Assembly: GCA_040904565.1 (NCBI GenBank)
Contig: JBBDTI010000031.1
Span: 71,056-135,055 of the forward strand
Reading direction: 5' to 3'
Length of the DNA stretch: 64,000 nt
Source of the DNA: Rhodothermales bacterium
GTDB taxonomy: Bacteria; Bacteroidota; Rhodothermia; Rhodothermales; VXPQ01
The notes under the pieces are model-generated. The model searched no databases, was not told the origin of the DNA, and saw nothing but the letters and a program-made list of their open reading frames with translations. The stretch's first letter is position 1. Every line of letters begins with the position of its first letter. Positions 1-10,273 of the stretch are shown here, one piece after another. Made by a program: the position numbers and the translations under genes.

Positions 1-623
1 TTGACGGGACGACCGCGCTGCTGGCCGGGCGTAAACGTTGCCTGCCGCACGGCACGGACGGCTTCTTCGTCGCATCCGGCACCGATGCCGCGGACGACGA
101 CGGGATCCTGCACGTTACCCTGTTCGTCGACGACGAACTGAACGATGACCCGCCCTTCGACGCCGGCCTTTTTGGCGATTTCCGGATACTTGATCTTGCT
201 CTGGATGGAGTTCAGCCCGCCGATCAATTCGGGCATCTGCTCCACGATAACGAAGATTTCCGGCTCCTCTTCTTCTTCCTCTTCAACAGGCGGCGGAGGC
301 GGCGGTGCCGCGGCCACCGGCGCGTCCAGATCCAGCGACGCATCCAGGTCGAGTGCTACATCTTCCAGGACCTCGTCGTTCGGTACCTCAACGGGGACCG
401 GAGGCTTCGGCGGAGGCGGCGGCTGCTCGATCTGCGTCGTCTGCTGCACCTCTTCCATGGTAATCTGCTCCTGCTCCGGCATGTCGATCTTGAAATCTGA
501 ATTCGAGGACCAGTCGACGCGGAACCCGACAATCAGGACACCCAGTGCCACGACGAGACCGATCTCGATGTAGAGCGGATACCTGTTGTGCAGGTTAGCA
601 TTGTCTTCTTTGCGTACGGGCAT
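1..623 (-). CDS. tonB: Energy transducer TonB (3' end runs off the window)
   Basis: Manual translation from ATG at 623: MPVRKEDNANLHNRYPLYIEIGLVVALGVLIVGF, then a Pro/Glu-rich linker (QPPPPPKPPVP...EEEEEEPEIF), then a TonB C-terminal domain (YPEIAKKAGVEGRVIVQFVVDEQGNV...GIGAGCDEEAVRAV). Not in the ORF track because it is truncated. Confidence 0.92.
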   Translation of the reverse strand, partial: MPVRKEDNANLHNRYPLYIEIGLVVALGVLIVGFRVDWSSNSDFKIDMPEQEQITMEEVQQTTQIEQPPPPPKPPVPVEVPNDEVLEDVALDLDASLDLDAPVAAAPPPPPPVEEEEEEEPEIFVIVEQMPELIGGLNSIQSKIKYPEIAKKAGVEGRVIVQFVVDEQGNVQDPVVVRGIGAGCDEEAVRAVRQATFTPGQQRGRPV

Positions 624-636
624 GTCGGCGGTCTCT

Positions 637-669
637 GTAAGTACGGTGTAAGTACGGCGTAAGTACGGC
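637..669. repeat. Three tandem 11-bp repeats GTAAGTACGG(T/C) in the tonB 5' leader
   Basis: gtaagtacggt-gtaagtacggc-gtaagtacggc read directly; the array ends 13 bp from the tonB start codon. Confidence 0.85.
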
Positions 670-766
670 GATCGGATAAACAGGCCGGGATGAAACGTGG
701 GATCCCCGCCGGTAACGTTTCACTAGAACTGCTCAACCTCCGGAAATCGAATTCGGTTCCGTGAAT

Positions 767-1192
767 TCAGTCCGGGCGTGTGGGCTTAGGTGGTCTTTCT
801 GTCGCCGCGCTAGACGTGGGGTCATGTCCACCGGAGGATGGGGGATGCCTGGAGGGGCGCCAGAAGAGGTAACCCGCGACGCCGCTGAGGAGTCCGGCCG
901 TGTTGGCCAGGGCGTCGAACAGATCCGGATCGCGGTGGAAGGGAATCAGTCCCTGATAGATCTCCGTTCCACCGGCGAGCAGGAGTCCGGCTACGATTAC
1001 GTTTCGCACGGCGGACGTCCGACCGTTGCGGGTCACGTGGAGCCAGAGGACGGCGAAGCCGACGAATAATCCGAAGTGAACGAACTTATCGGCTCCCACA
1101 ATGCTCGTTCCGGGGAGGTTCTGGCCCGGGAGGGTGCACAGGGCTACGATGAGCAGCGTCCAGCCGACGGCGGCGGCAAATCTCCAGGTCAT
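767..1192 (-). CDS. VanZ-like family membrane protein
   Basis: MTWRFAAAVGWTLLIVALCTLPG...ADKFVHFGLF...TEIYQGLIPFHRDPDLFDALANTAG carries the VanZ motifs DK-x-x-H, E-x-x-Q and D-x-x-AN. Its start overlaps the nnr stop. Confidence 0.8.
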   Translation of the reverse strand: MTWRFAAAVGWTLLIVALCTLPGQNLPGTSIVGADKFVHFGLFVGFAVLWLHVTRNGRTSAVRNVIVAGLLLAGGTEIYQGLIPFHRDPDLFDALANTAGLLSGVAGYLFWRPSRHPPSSGGHDPTSSAATERPPKPTRPD

Positions 1193-2781
1193 GAATGAAG
1201 TCGATCCTTCATGACGGGAGGAAGCGAATCGAGCAGATCCATGGCCTGCAAGGAGCGGGCGGATCGGTCCCGTGTATACCGGTCGGCTGCCGCTCCCCCC
1301 AGATGAAGTGCGGAGATGGCGGCCTGCTCCGGGCTGAGTCCCTGGGCGAGGAGTCCTACGCACAATCCGGCCAGTACGTCGCCGGTACCGGCGGAGGCGA
1401 GCGCGGGTCCGCCCGTGGCGTTGATCCATGCGGACCCATCTGGGGTGGCGGTTACGCTCGGCAATCCCTTCAGGATGAGCACGCAGTTCCACGCCCGGGC
1501 GAAGTGCTGCGCGAGGGCGACGCGGTCGTCAGGATCGATATCCACCGCATCGAGCTCGCGGCCGGCGAGGCGTCTAAATTCGCCCATATGCGGGGTAAGG
1601 ATCCAGCGACCACGAGCGTGCTCGGTGATAAAATCTGTCTGTCCAGAAAGTGCGTTGAGTCCGTCCGCGTCGATTACGACGGGCAGCCGTGCGCTTTCAA
1701 GGAGCCGCCGCACGAACTCCTGCGTATCGGGAGCTCGCCCGAGGCCGCAGCCTACCAGCAGGGCGCCGGCTTTCTCGAGCCGCGGGCTCAGTGCCTCCAG
1801 CCCACCATCAGGACCGATGCCGCGGTCGGAGGCCGGTAGCGGTATGGTGGTAATCTCCGTAAGTTTGCCGGCGAGCACGTCCTGAATCCGTTCGTCGCAA
1901 CCGCAAACGACGTAGCCGGCGCCGACGCGTGCTGCTGCCGAAGCCGCCATCACGGGGGCCCCGGTCATGCCCCTTGACCCTGCGACGACGAGGGCGAGTC
2001 CGACCGAATACTTATGGGCATCGCCCCCGCGCTCGGGCATCCACCCGCGAACGATATCATCGGAGGAGAGGCGAGCGCATCCGGATCCGTGCTCCTCGCC
2101 GGCGCGGAGGAGCGCGAAGTGCGGGATGCCGATTTCGAGGACCTCGACGCGGCCGGCGTACGAGGGGCCATCGTTGAGGAGCAGGCCGGGCTTGGCCGCG
2201 CCCATCGTATAGGTTTCGTCGGCACGGAAGGCCACGCCGAGCGGCCTCCCGACGTCGGCGTGCAGTCCGGTCGGAATGTCTACCGCGACCTTCTGGCCGG
2301 ACGCTGCGTTAAGTCGGGCAACGAGTCCGCGCACGGGTTCCCGTAGATCGCTCGTCAGACCCGTTCCCAGCAGCGCGTCGACGTGCACGTCGACGTCCGG
2401 CAGCGGTGCGTCGTCTTCCAGCCGGGCGATATGCAGTCGGGAATCGGGCATCGTACTGCCGAGACGTTCGAGAAGCTCGAAATGGGCGTCGGCATCGGTG
2501 GACATCGAGCCAGGCCCGGCGAGATGGATGACGTGTACGTCTGCACCCGCGTCGCAAAGGTAGCGCGCGATGACGAATCCGTCACCGCCGTTGTTGCCCT
2601 TCCCGCAGTAGATGGCGAACGACGCGGCCGATCCGAAGCGGCGAAGCAGCTCGTACGCGGCACCGCGCCCGGCCGATTCCATCAGCGTGAAGCCCGGAAT
2701 GCCGAATCGATCGATCGTGTACGCATCCGCCGCTCGCATGGCGGCGGCGGTCAAAACGGGTGTCATCGCGTGCTCCATCAT
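1189..2781 (-). CDS. nnr: Bifunctional NAD(P)H-hydrate epimerase/dehydratase
   Basis: YjeF N-domain motifs LMESAG, GKGNNGGDG, DALLGTG, DIPTG; C-domain motifs DAHKY, VIDADGLNAL, LTPHMGEF, AGTGDVLAG. Confidence 0.95.
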   Translation of the reverse strand: MMEHAMTPVLTAAAMRAADAYTIDRFGIPGFTLMESAGRGAAYELLRRFGSAASFAIYCGKGNNGGDGFVIARYLCDAGADVHVIHLAGPGSMSTDADAHFELLERLGSTMPDSRLHIARLEDDAPLPDVDVHVDALLGTGLTSDLREPVRGLVARLNAASGQKVAVDIPTGLHADVGRPLGVAFRADETYTMGAAKPGLLLNDGPSYAGRVEVLEIGIPHFALLRAGEEHGSGCARLSSDDIVRGWMPERGGDAHKYSVGLALVVAGSRGMTGAPVMAASAAARVGAGYVVCGCDERIQDVLAGKLTEITTIPLPASDRGIGPDGGLEALSPRLEKAGALLVGCGLGRAPDTQEFVRRLLESARLPVVIDADGLNALSGQTDFITEHARGRWILTPHMGEFRRLAGRELDAVDIDPDDRVALAQHFARAWNCVLILKGLPSVTATPDGSAWINATGGPALASAGTGDVLAGLCVGLLAQGLSPEQAAISALHLGGAAADRYTRDRSARSLQAMDLLDSLPPVMKDRLHS

Positions 2782-4523
2782 GGATTTGAAATGACCTGGC
2801 TCTCGCGAATCCGAAGCGTATCGGCCAGGGATGTTTCCCAGCGTGCGCGAACACGTACGGAATCGGCCTGCCAGACGACGGGCTCCGGCGGTACGTACGG
2901 ACGAAGCGAGCCGCCGTCCCAGCTCCCGCTGGCATTGCGATCGCCGTACGCGCGAAGCCTGTACGTGCCGGCTGGAAGTCCGTCCGATACAAACGAGCCC
3001 GTAGAGTCGGGCGTGAGGACGAAGTCGGGCACGTCGACCTCTACGGCGACAGGGTGAATTTCCACGATGACGGGGTGTACGTCGGACTCGACGATGCCCC
3101 GGATCTCACCCATCTCTGCAGGCGGGATGCGGCGGAATGCCGTCGAAAAGAGCGAGTCGATGCCGGCCAGTGCCGAGCCGTCGACGCGCAGCTCGATGGG
3201 ATAGGTCGGTGAGAGCGGAGGGTCTGAGATAAACCGGTAGGTAGTGCCGTCATCGGTCAGCGCGGAATAGGCCAGCGGACGGCCCGTAGAATCGATTAGC
3301 TGGATTGCCGCTTCGAGCATGGACGCATCAAGCGGCACGTTGAAACGCGCTCCGGGCTCGACCCCGTGCGGAAGCACATAATCCGTCGCCTGGCCGTCCA
3401 TCGGCAAGAAACCCAGGAATCGAGGCTGAAGCGTATCCGGGGCGATCGATGCCGTAAAGGTGACGACGTCGTCGACGACGGGATTGGCGCTCGTATCGGC
3501 GAGAGCCGACGGGCTAACGCGGTGCGACGTTTCATCGAGCGGCGGGGACGTGAAGAAGACCTGGCGGGGAGCGTCCGGGAAGATGTAGAGCTCGCGCAGG
3601 TCGATGCGGGCATCCGTCGTCGAATCCCGCAGCTCCCAGTTCGACGGATCGCGATCGAGGAAGCGCACCGGTTCGGAGAAGTACAGGGTGTGGCGGGTGG
3701 TGGACAGCGACTGAACGCGGAGGGGCAGCGGAGGCGTCGTGTCCAGTCGCGTCAGTACCCAGGGTCGGTCGAGTACCGTCGACGCTGAATCAGCATACAG
3801 CGCCCGTACGGGAGGTGCCGCAAACTCTTCCGTCGGATCGGGTGCCAGATTCCGATTTTGATCGCGAACGGCCGTAACGAAATAGAACTCCTCGGTGAGA
3901 TATTCGAACCGAAATGAGCCGGACCGGTCGGTCTGCGTCCGGTAAGCGGGCGGACCCGCCGCCGTCCGCGGCGCGGCGGCGCCGGGATCGCCGTTCAGGA
4001 AGGCGTCGTCGATGGAAGCACTGTCTCCCAGCGCATAGGCAAAGACGTTCACGTCGGCGGCCGGCATACCCGTACGGGGATGCACCACGCGTCCCTCGAG
4101 CGTTCCGGCATTAATGACGGGACCGGTTGAAAACGCGAGGGTCAGTGGAGATGAGAGTGATACCCCGCGAACGTCGCTGAGGCTGTTGTCCAGGCTGACA
4201 ACGTACGTCGTGTTGGCGCGAAGTGCTTCAGCAAAGCGTACTTCTACGCTTCGGCGGCTCCAGTCGATCTCGGGCGGTGCGGTGGGCGAGGGGGTGATAG
4301 ACAATGCTCTGCTGAACGAGGTTTGATCGACGTATTCGGAGAACGTGATGCGGATCGACGAGCGCGATACGTTCACGGCTCCAGGCGACGGCACACTTTC
4401 CACGATGGTCGGAGGCGTGTTGTCCACCGGACCGCCTGCGGGAGGCATGGGGGTAGCACACGAGCCCAGCAGCAGGCCGACGAGCAGAAGTCCGACCAGC
4501 AGCGTCATACACGATCGCGTCAT
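2778..4523 (-). CDS. Lipoprotein with Ig-like (Big_5) domain
   Basis: Lipobox LLGSC followed by ATPMPPAGGPVDNTPP...IRITFSEYVD...LRANTTYVV, typical of FCB-group Big_5 lipoproteins. Start placed at ATG 4523. Confidence 0.75.
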   Translation of the reverse strand: MTRSCMTLLVGLLLVGLLLGSCATPMPPAGGPVDNTPPTIVESVPSPGAVNVSRSSIRITFSEYVDQTSFSRALSITPSPTAPPEIDWSRRSVEVRFAEALRANTTYVVSLDNSLSDVRGVSLSSPLTLAFSTGPVINAGTLEGRVVHPRTGMPAADVNVFAYALGDSASIDDAFLNGDPGAAAPRTAAGPPAYRTQTDRSGSFRFEYLTEEFYFVTAVRDQNRNLAPDPTEEFAAPPVRALYADSASTVLDRPWVLTRLDTTPPLPLRVQSLSTTRHTLYFSEPVRFLDRDPSNWELRDSTTDARIDLRELYIFPDAPRQVFFTSPPLDETSHRVSPSALADTSANPVVDDVVTFTASIAPDTLQPRFLGFLPMDGQATDYVLPHGVEPGARFNVPLDASMLEAAIQLIDSTGRPLAYSALTDDGTTYRFISDPPLSPTYPIELRVDGSALAGIDSLFSTAFRRIPPAEMGEIRGIVESDVHPVIVEIHPVAVEVDVPDFVLTPDSTGSFVSDGLPAGTYRLRAYGDRNASGSWDGGSLRPYVPPEPVVWQADSVRVRARWETSLADTLRIRESQVISNP

Positions 4524-5101
4524 GAGCCGTCTCCACCCGCCGATCGGAGCGTAAAAAACAGGTACACGGCTACGGCGGTGGCTGCCGTAACGACGGCGGG
4601 CTCGATCAGGCGCCTGTAGCGGCCGGCAGGGGGCAGCTCGCCCTGTGTCTCGGGATACTCCTCGTGCTCCACCGCGTCTACGTCGCCCCGCGCGATCACG
4701 TCGGAGCGTCGCCCGGCGCACCGGTCGTCGACGAGGACGCGTCCGTCCGGGTTGCTGACCGAGTATCGCAGTGAAAGATGAACGTTTCGCGAGAGGCGGC
4801 TTGACGACCGGGTATAGGCGACGCGTGCCTCTTCCAGGGCGATCGTGACGCGTGCGCGATCGCCGGCCGTACCATCCGCGATATCCGCGATGAAGACCGC
4901 ATGTCCGTTCGACTGCCAGACCGAGACGAGGGCAGAGCGCACGTACGGCATCTCATTCGGTGCGGTTAGCACCACGTCACGGACCCCTTGTGGCAGCTCG
5001 CCCAGACATTCAACGGCAATGTCCTGGAAGAGCGAGAGATTGGTGGATTGTGCACCGGCCGAACCGGTGCACAACGCAAGGATGGCGATCAGGAGCGGCA
5101 C
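4520..5101 (-). CDS. Hypothetical exported protein with C-terminal membrane anchor (start uncertain)
   Basis: Signal-like VPLLIAILALCTGSAGAQ and C-terminal IEPAVVTAATAVAVYLFFTLRS. Stop overlaps the next start (ATGA). Confidence 0.55.
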   Translation of the reverse strand: MPLLIAILALCTGSAGAQSTNLSLFQDIAVECLGELPQGVRDVVLTAPNEMPYVRSALVSVWQSNGHAVFIADIADGTAGDRARVTIALEEARVAYTRSSSRLSRNVHLSLRYSVSNPDGRVLVDDRCAGRRSDVIARGDVDAVEHEEYPETQGELPPAGRYRRLIEPAVVTAATAVAVYLFFTLRSAGGDGS

Positions 5102-5594
5102 GGCCGATCGCCGGCCGAACGGCGCCGGGCAGATGGGCGACGGCCTTTTCGACGATCGCCGCCCGTTGACGGCCGCCCGCCTGCAGGTAGGTGCCCACGG
5201 ACCCGCCGGCAGGCCCGCACGTCCGGCGGCGCAGCTCGACGTCGATTGAATGATCGGCTTCAAGAACATGCGTTGAACGCTGAATCGCATAGGCTCCGCT
5301 CCGGGCGAGGGCCGTGATGGTCGAACGTGTAGGCGGCCGAGATCCGTCGCCTGGTTCGGGGTTGATCGAGGGTTGATCGAGGCCCGGTCACGGGTTCGTC
5401 GCGGACTGATCCATAATAACAAACGACGGCACGGCGGGCATGGTATCTCCGCTAAAAGCGCCGACCGCCGGTCCACGGCCCGCCGGGTCGACCGAAGCAG
5501 GAGATCGCTAACCGGGGATCTAACCCAGTGTTTCTACGTCGGAATCGCACGAGAGGCAGAATTTCACAACGGGCACCTGGGGACCCCATTACGT

Positions 5595-6374
5595 ATGGCT
5601 CGATTGTCCAATCGACGCATGAAGGAAGTTCGGTCCCTCGGCCAGAAAAAGTATCGTGACCGGTACGGAGAGACGATCGTTGAGGGCGTGCGAGCCGTGG
5701 AATCCGCGCTGGATGCCGGAGCGGCCATCCGGGACGTACTCGTAACGGCCGACCTGCGGCGGGACGATCGGCTGGCTCCCCGGCTGGACGCGTTGGGCGA
5801 TCGCGTGCACGTCGTCGACGAATCGGACATCGGTGGCGTCGCTACGGTTGAATCCAGCCAGGGCATCCTGGCCGTCGTTGCCGTAGAACGGCTCGACGCG
5901 GATCGGCTGGCGGACTGCGAGCGCGTCCTGGCGCTCGACCGTCTCCGCGATCCGGGCAACGCGGGGACCCTCGTTCGGTCGGCGGCGTGGTTCGGCGTGG
6001 ATGCGATCGTTACGGGTCGAGGGACGGTCGACCTGTATAATCCCAAGGTGGTGCGCTCGGCGATGGGCGGACTCTGGGATGTCGCGCACGCCGAGGTTAC
6101 CGACGTGGTAGACACCCTGCGCGATCTCCAGGAAGCCGGCTTCACCGTCTACGGCGCGGATATGTCGGGGACGGCGGTCGAAGCGTGGATGCCCGTCGTG
6201 CCTTCGGTGCTCGTGCTGGGCAGCGAGGCGCACGGACTCTCGGACGGCGTCGAGCGTGCCGTCGTCGAACGCATCGTCATCCCGGGACGCCCTCGCCGCG
6301 GAGCGACGGAATCGTTGAACGTCGCCGTCGCGGCCGGCATCCTGATGCACGCGTGGACCACGGAGCAGCGATAG
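5595..6374 (+). CDS. TrmH/SpoU family RNA methyltransferase
   Basis: LDRLRDPGNAGTLVRSA, YNPKVVRSAMG, LGSEAHGLS and ESLNVAVAAGI are SPOUT motifs. Confidence 0.92.
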   Translation: MARLSNRRMKEVRSLGQKKYRDRYGETIVEGVRAVESALDAGAAIRDVLVTADLRRDDRLAPRLDALGDRVHVVDESDIGGVATVESSQGILAVVAVERLDADRLADCERVLALDRLRDPGNAGTLVRSAAWFGVDAIVTGRGTVDLYNPKVVRSAMGGLWDVAHAEVTDVVDTLRDLQEAGFTVYGADMSGTAVEAWMPVVPSVLVLGSEAHGLSDGVERAVVERIVIPGRPRRGATESLNVAVAAGILMHAWTTEQR

Positions 6375-6486
6375 GAGCGGTGAACTCGGCCGGAGGCACC
6401 GGGGTGAGATCAGGCCGCGCAAATACGCTGGTGGCTAACGCCTATATTTCAGGTCCGTACCCCGCAACATGGTCACGATGTCACAG

Positions 6487-7707
6487 ATGGAAATTCCTTC
6501 GCTCCAGGGCCTGAGTATTGACCCCGGACTCATGACGATGGAGAAGCCGGCGTCGCTGGGCGAACAGCACACCTCGCTGCGAATCGGCGTGCCCTGCGAA
6601 GTCTCCAACGAAGAACGGCGCGTGGCGATCGCACCGATCGGCGTCGCCGGTCTCGTCGCGAACGGCCACGAAGTCTACGTCGAGAAGTCGGCCGGATGGC
6701 AGGCTCATTTCCGCGACGACGAATATGCTGAATTGGGCGGTGAGATCGTGGACTCGCCGGCAGATCTTTACAGCAAGTGCAATCTGATCGCGAAAGTGGG
6801 TCCGCCTGCGGGAGACGAGCTCGACCTGTTGCAGGAGAAGCAGATCCTCATCTCCGCCCTTCACCTGGGCCACACGACTAAAGAGTTTCTGGGCCGATTG
6901 ATGGAGCTGCGGATTACGGCCATCGGATTTGAGTTCATTCGGGATCCCGACGGCACCCTCCCGATCGTCCGCATGATGCACGAGATCATGGGCTCGATGT
7001 CCGTGCAGATCGCCGCCCGCTATCTGGAGAGCGGAGAAGGAGGTAAGGGTATCATGCTGGGAGGCATTTCCGGCGTACCGCCTTCGACGGTCGTCATTCT
7101 CGGAGCCGGAGTCGTAGGAGAATGGGCCGCCCGGACGGCCCTCGGGTACGGAGCGCACGTCATCGTCCTCGACACGGATCTGAGCGCGCTGCGCGGCATG
7201 GAGCATTACCTGGATCGGCGCATCACGACGGCGATGGCGTCGCCGCAGTATCTGCGACGAGCCGTGTTGACGGCCGACGTCGTCATCGGTGCGATCATGT
7301 CGGACGGTGCCCGCTCTCCCATGCTCGTCACGGAAGACATGGTCGAGTCGATGCGGCCCGGAACGGTCATCGTCGATGCCGTGATCGATCAGGGCGGCTG
7401 CATCGAAACCAGCCGGCCGACGACGCATTCGGAGCCGACCTTTCGAGCGCACGACGTCATTCATTACTGCGTCCCCAACATGCCTTCAAACGCAGCTCGC
7501 ACGGCGACCTATGCATTGACGAACGTCCTGGTGCCGTATCTCGTACAGATCGGGGAGGTGGGGTCGATCAATGAGGCCCTCTGGCGGAATGTCGGACTGC
7601 GAAACGGCACGTACGTCTATCGCAGGCACCTGACCAAGAAAAGTCTCGCCACGATGTTCGGAATGCCGCACCGCGACATCGAGTTGCTGATCGCATCGGG
7701 CATCTAG
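6487..7707 (+). CDS. ald: Alanine dehydrogenase
   Basis: IGVPCEVSNEERRVA, ILGAGVVG (NAD binding), IDQGGCIETS, HYCVPNMP. Confidence 0.9.
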   Translation: MEIPSLQGLSIDPGLMTMEKPASLGEQHTSLRIGVPCEVSNEERRVAIAPIGVAGLVANGHEVYVEKSAGWQAHFRDDEYAELGGEIVDSPADLYSKCNLIAKVGPPAGDELDLLQEKQILISALHLGHTTKEFLGRLMELRITAIGFEFIRDPDGTLPIVRMMHEIMGSMSVQIAARYLESGEGGKGIMLGGISGVPPSTVVILGAGVVGEWAARTALGYGAHVIVLDTDLSALRGMEHYLDRRITTAMASPQYLRRAVLTADVVIGAIMSDGARSPMLVTEDMVESMRPGTVIVDAVIDQGGCIETSRPTTHSEPTFRAHDVIHYCVPNMPSNAARTATYALTNVLVPYLVQIGEVGSINEALWRNVGLRNGTYVYRRHLTKKSLATMFGMPHRDIELLIASGI

Positions 7708-7923
7708 CTCCATTCCCGTTGCTGTCGCGTAAATCCATCCCTTGCCGCGGAAGCCTGTTTCGATCGTCCTGAGATCCGCCGCCGCGCGCTCGCTTCTCTG
7801 GAGTCTATTCTGTTATTTACATCGCGGTTTGCCCTGTTGTGCATCTCTCGGCCGAAGCGTGGGCGGCGGCCGGTGATGAGGGTTACGAAACATAGCTGAC
7901 TTTCTACCGACACTTGGAGACTC

Positions 7924-9090
7924 ATGAGAATAGGTGTGCTTACAGGGGGAGGCGACGTCCCCGGCCTCAATCCATGCATCAAGGCAATTGTTCTTCGCGC
8001 CATCGAGCAGGGGCACGACGTGATAGGCCTTCGAAGGGGATGGGGCGGCCTCTTGTGGATCGATCGTGACGATCCGTCTGCGCGCGAGAAATATACGATG
8101 GATCTCAATGCACGCTCGGTCCGCACGATCGATCGAACCGGCGGTACGGTGCTCCATACGAGCCGCGTCAATCCGAGCCGCGTCGCTCCGGATGCCGTAC
8201 CTGAATTCCTGCGGGATCCCGAACATCTGAAGGCGGAATCTGAAGATCCTCGTCCGCGCGACTTTACGGCGCACGTCTTAAAGAATCTGGAGCATCTCGG
8301 CATCGACACGCTGATACCGATCGGAGGTGACGATACGCTCAGCTACGGCGAGCGGCTGCACCGGGAAGGCTTTCCGGTCGTGGCCATTCCGAAGACGATG
8401 GACAACGACGTATACGGTACGGACTACTGCATCGGCTTCGGGACCGCCGTCACGCGCAGCGTCAAATTCATCCATCAGCTGCGTACGAGTGCCGGGTCGC
8501 ACGAGCGCATTGCGGTGATCGAGCTCTTCGGCCGTAATTCCGGTGAGACGAGCCTGATCAGCTCGTATCTTTCCGGCGTCGATCGCGCCATCATCTCCGA
8601 AGTGCCGTTCGACCCGGAGAAGCTGGCGGATCTGATCATGACGGACAAGACGGCCAACCCGAGCAACTACGCGATGGTCACCATCAGTGAGGGAGCCCAC
8701 ATGGTCGGCGGGAAGGTCATCGAATATGGCGAGACGGATCCGTACGGGCACCGCAAGCTCGGCGGAATCGGCCAGATTACGGGTGAGGCGCTCAAGAACC
8801 TCACCGGTGAGAACATCATCTATCAGCAGGTGGCGTACCTCATGCGCTCGGGCGCACCGGATGCGCTGGACCTGATGGTAGGCGTCAACTTCGCCAACAT
8901 GGCGATGGACGTGATCGAGAAGAAGGAAAGCGGCCGTATGGTCTCGTTGACTGATGGGACGTATACACACATTCCGATGAACGAGGTTACGAGCGGGCTC
9001 AAGCGCGTTGACGTGGATGAACTTTATGACGTCGATGAGTATCGACCGAAGGTCCACCACGTTATGGATAAACCGATGTTCTTGTACTGA
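7924..9090 (+). CDS. pfkA: 6-phosphofructokinase (PfkA family, likely PPi-dependent)
   Basis: [41 protein letters not shown]. Confidence 0.92.
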   Translation: MRIGVLTGGGDVPGLNPCIKAIVLRAIEQGHDVIGLRRGWGGLLWIDRDDPSAREKYTMDLNARSVRTIDRTGGTVLHTSRVNPSRVAPDAVPEFLRDPEHLKAESEDPRPRDFTAHVLKNLEHLGIDTLIPIGGDDTLSYGERLHREGFPVVAIPKTMDNDVYGTDYCIGFGTAVTRSVKFIHQLRTSAGSHERIAVIELFGRNSGETSLISSYLSGVDRAIISEVPFDPEKLADLIMTDKTANPSNYAMVTISEGAHMVGGKVIEYGETDPYGHRKLGGIGQITGEALKNLTGENIIYQQVAYLMRSGAPDALDLMVGVNFANMAMDVIEKKESGRMVSLTDGTYTHIPMNEVTSGLKRVDVDELYDVDEYRPKVHHVMDKPMFLY

Positions 9091-9179
9091 CGGCAGCCGG
9101 ATCCCGCCGGGTCGCCACTGCGTTTCTTTTGCGTTCGTCTCGCCGCCCCTACGCCCACTCCACAAATCATCGGGCCGCC

Positions 9180-9401
9180 ATGACACACGGGACCGTGATT
9201 ACATACGACTCGGCTCAGTCATCCGGATACATCCAACCGGACAATGACGACGAGCGGGTTCCGTTCGATCGTGATTCGCTCGTCAACTATCCTGACGACG
9301 AAACGCCGACCGCCGGCGACCGCGTCCGATTCAATGTTGAGGGTGGCCTAGTCGGCCTCTGGGCGACCCACGTAGAACGATTGACAACATCAACCGAGTA
9401 G
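9180..9401 (+). CDS. Cold-shock-domain-like small protein (degenerate RNP motifs)
   Basis: MTHGTVITYD...GYIQPD...AGDRVRFNVEGGLVGLWATHV follows the CSD pattern. Confidence 0.7.
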   Translation: MTHGTVITYDSAQSSGYIQPDNDDERVPFDRDSLVNYPDDETPTAGDRVRFNVEGGLVGLWATHVERLTTSTE

Positions 9402-9488
9402 CAAGCCGAGGCCGTTCGCACGCGGCGAGCATAGCCGTTTAACCACGATCATTTGAATAAGACGAGTCCCTGGAGGGAGTTAGGAATC

Positions 9489-10265
9489 TTGAATCAGCTA
9501 GTAAAGGACAAAGTCATCCTCGTAACCGGTTCCACGACGGGCATCGGTGAATTTGTCGCCCGGCGCGTCGTAGCCGAGGGAGGCCGGGTGATGGTCCACG
9601 GCCGAAGCGAGCCGCGGGCCGCCGAGATAGTCGAAGAGCTGGGTGATGCCGCCGCCTACACGCTGGGGGATCTTCAGGATCCGGACGTTGCCGGCCGGCT
9701 CGTCGACGCCACGGTCGACCGTTTCGGACGACTGGACGGCCTCGTCAACAATGCGGCACTTCTGACCCGGTCAAATCTGGATGATACCGACGTGGAACTC
9801 TTCGATCGTCTCGTCGCCGTCAATCTCCGGGCGCCGATGCTCCTCACGAAGGCGGCCGTGGACCAGTTTCGCTCGCAGGGCGGCGGGGTGATCGTCAACG
9901 TCGGTTCTATCAACGCCCTCGGCGGCGAGCGCAACCTGCTCGTCTATTCGATGACCAAAGGCGGGATGCAGACCATGACGCGCAATCTATCGTCGTATCT
10001 CGTGCACGAAGGCATCCGCATCAATCAGATCAACGTGGGGTGGACGTTGACGGACAACGAGAAGGAGATCAAGATCCAGGACGGACTGGAAGACGGATGG
10101 TGGGAGAACATCCCGCCTGCGCACGCGCCGTCAGGTCGCATCTTCTCACCGGAAGAAGTCGCCGCACACGTCGTGTTCTGGCTCTCCGATGAAGCGGGCC
10201 CCGTCAACGGCTCCGTCTTCGAGATCGAACAGTTTCCGATGGTCGGGCAAAACGCATCCAAATAG
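9489..10265 (+). CDS. Short-chain dehydrogenase/reductase
   Basis: VTGSTTGIG, LVNNAA, YSMTK catalytic motif. TTG start follows a purine-rich RBS-like stretch. Confidence 0.9.
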   Translation: MNQLVKDKVILVTGSTTGIGEFVARRVVAEGGRVMVHGRSEPRAAEIVEELGDAAAYTLGDLQDPDVAGRLVDATVDRFGRLDGLVNNAALLTRSNLDDTDVELFDRLVAVNLRAPMLLTKAAVDQFRSQGGGVIVNVGSINALGGERNLLVYSMTKGGMQTMTRNLSSYLVHEGIRINQINVGWTLTDNEKEIKIQDGLEDGWWENIPPAHAPSGRIFSPEEVAAHVVFWLSDEAGPVNGSVFEIEQFPMVGQNASK

Positions 10266-10273
10266 TACCGGGG

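Noticed and set aside
145-573. Plus-strand Ser/Gly-rich ORF
   Set aside because: It is the antisense shadow of the Pro/Glu-rich TonB linker.
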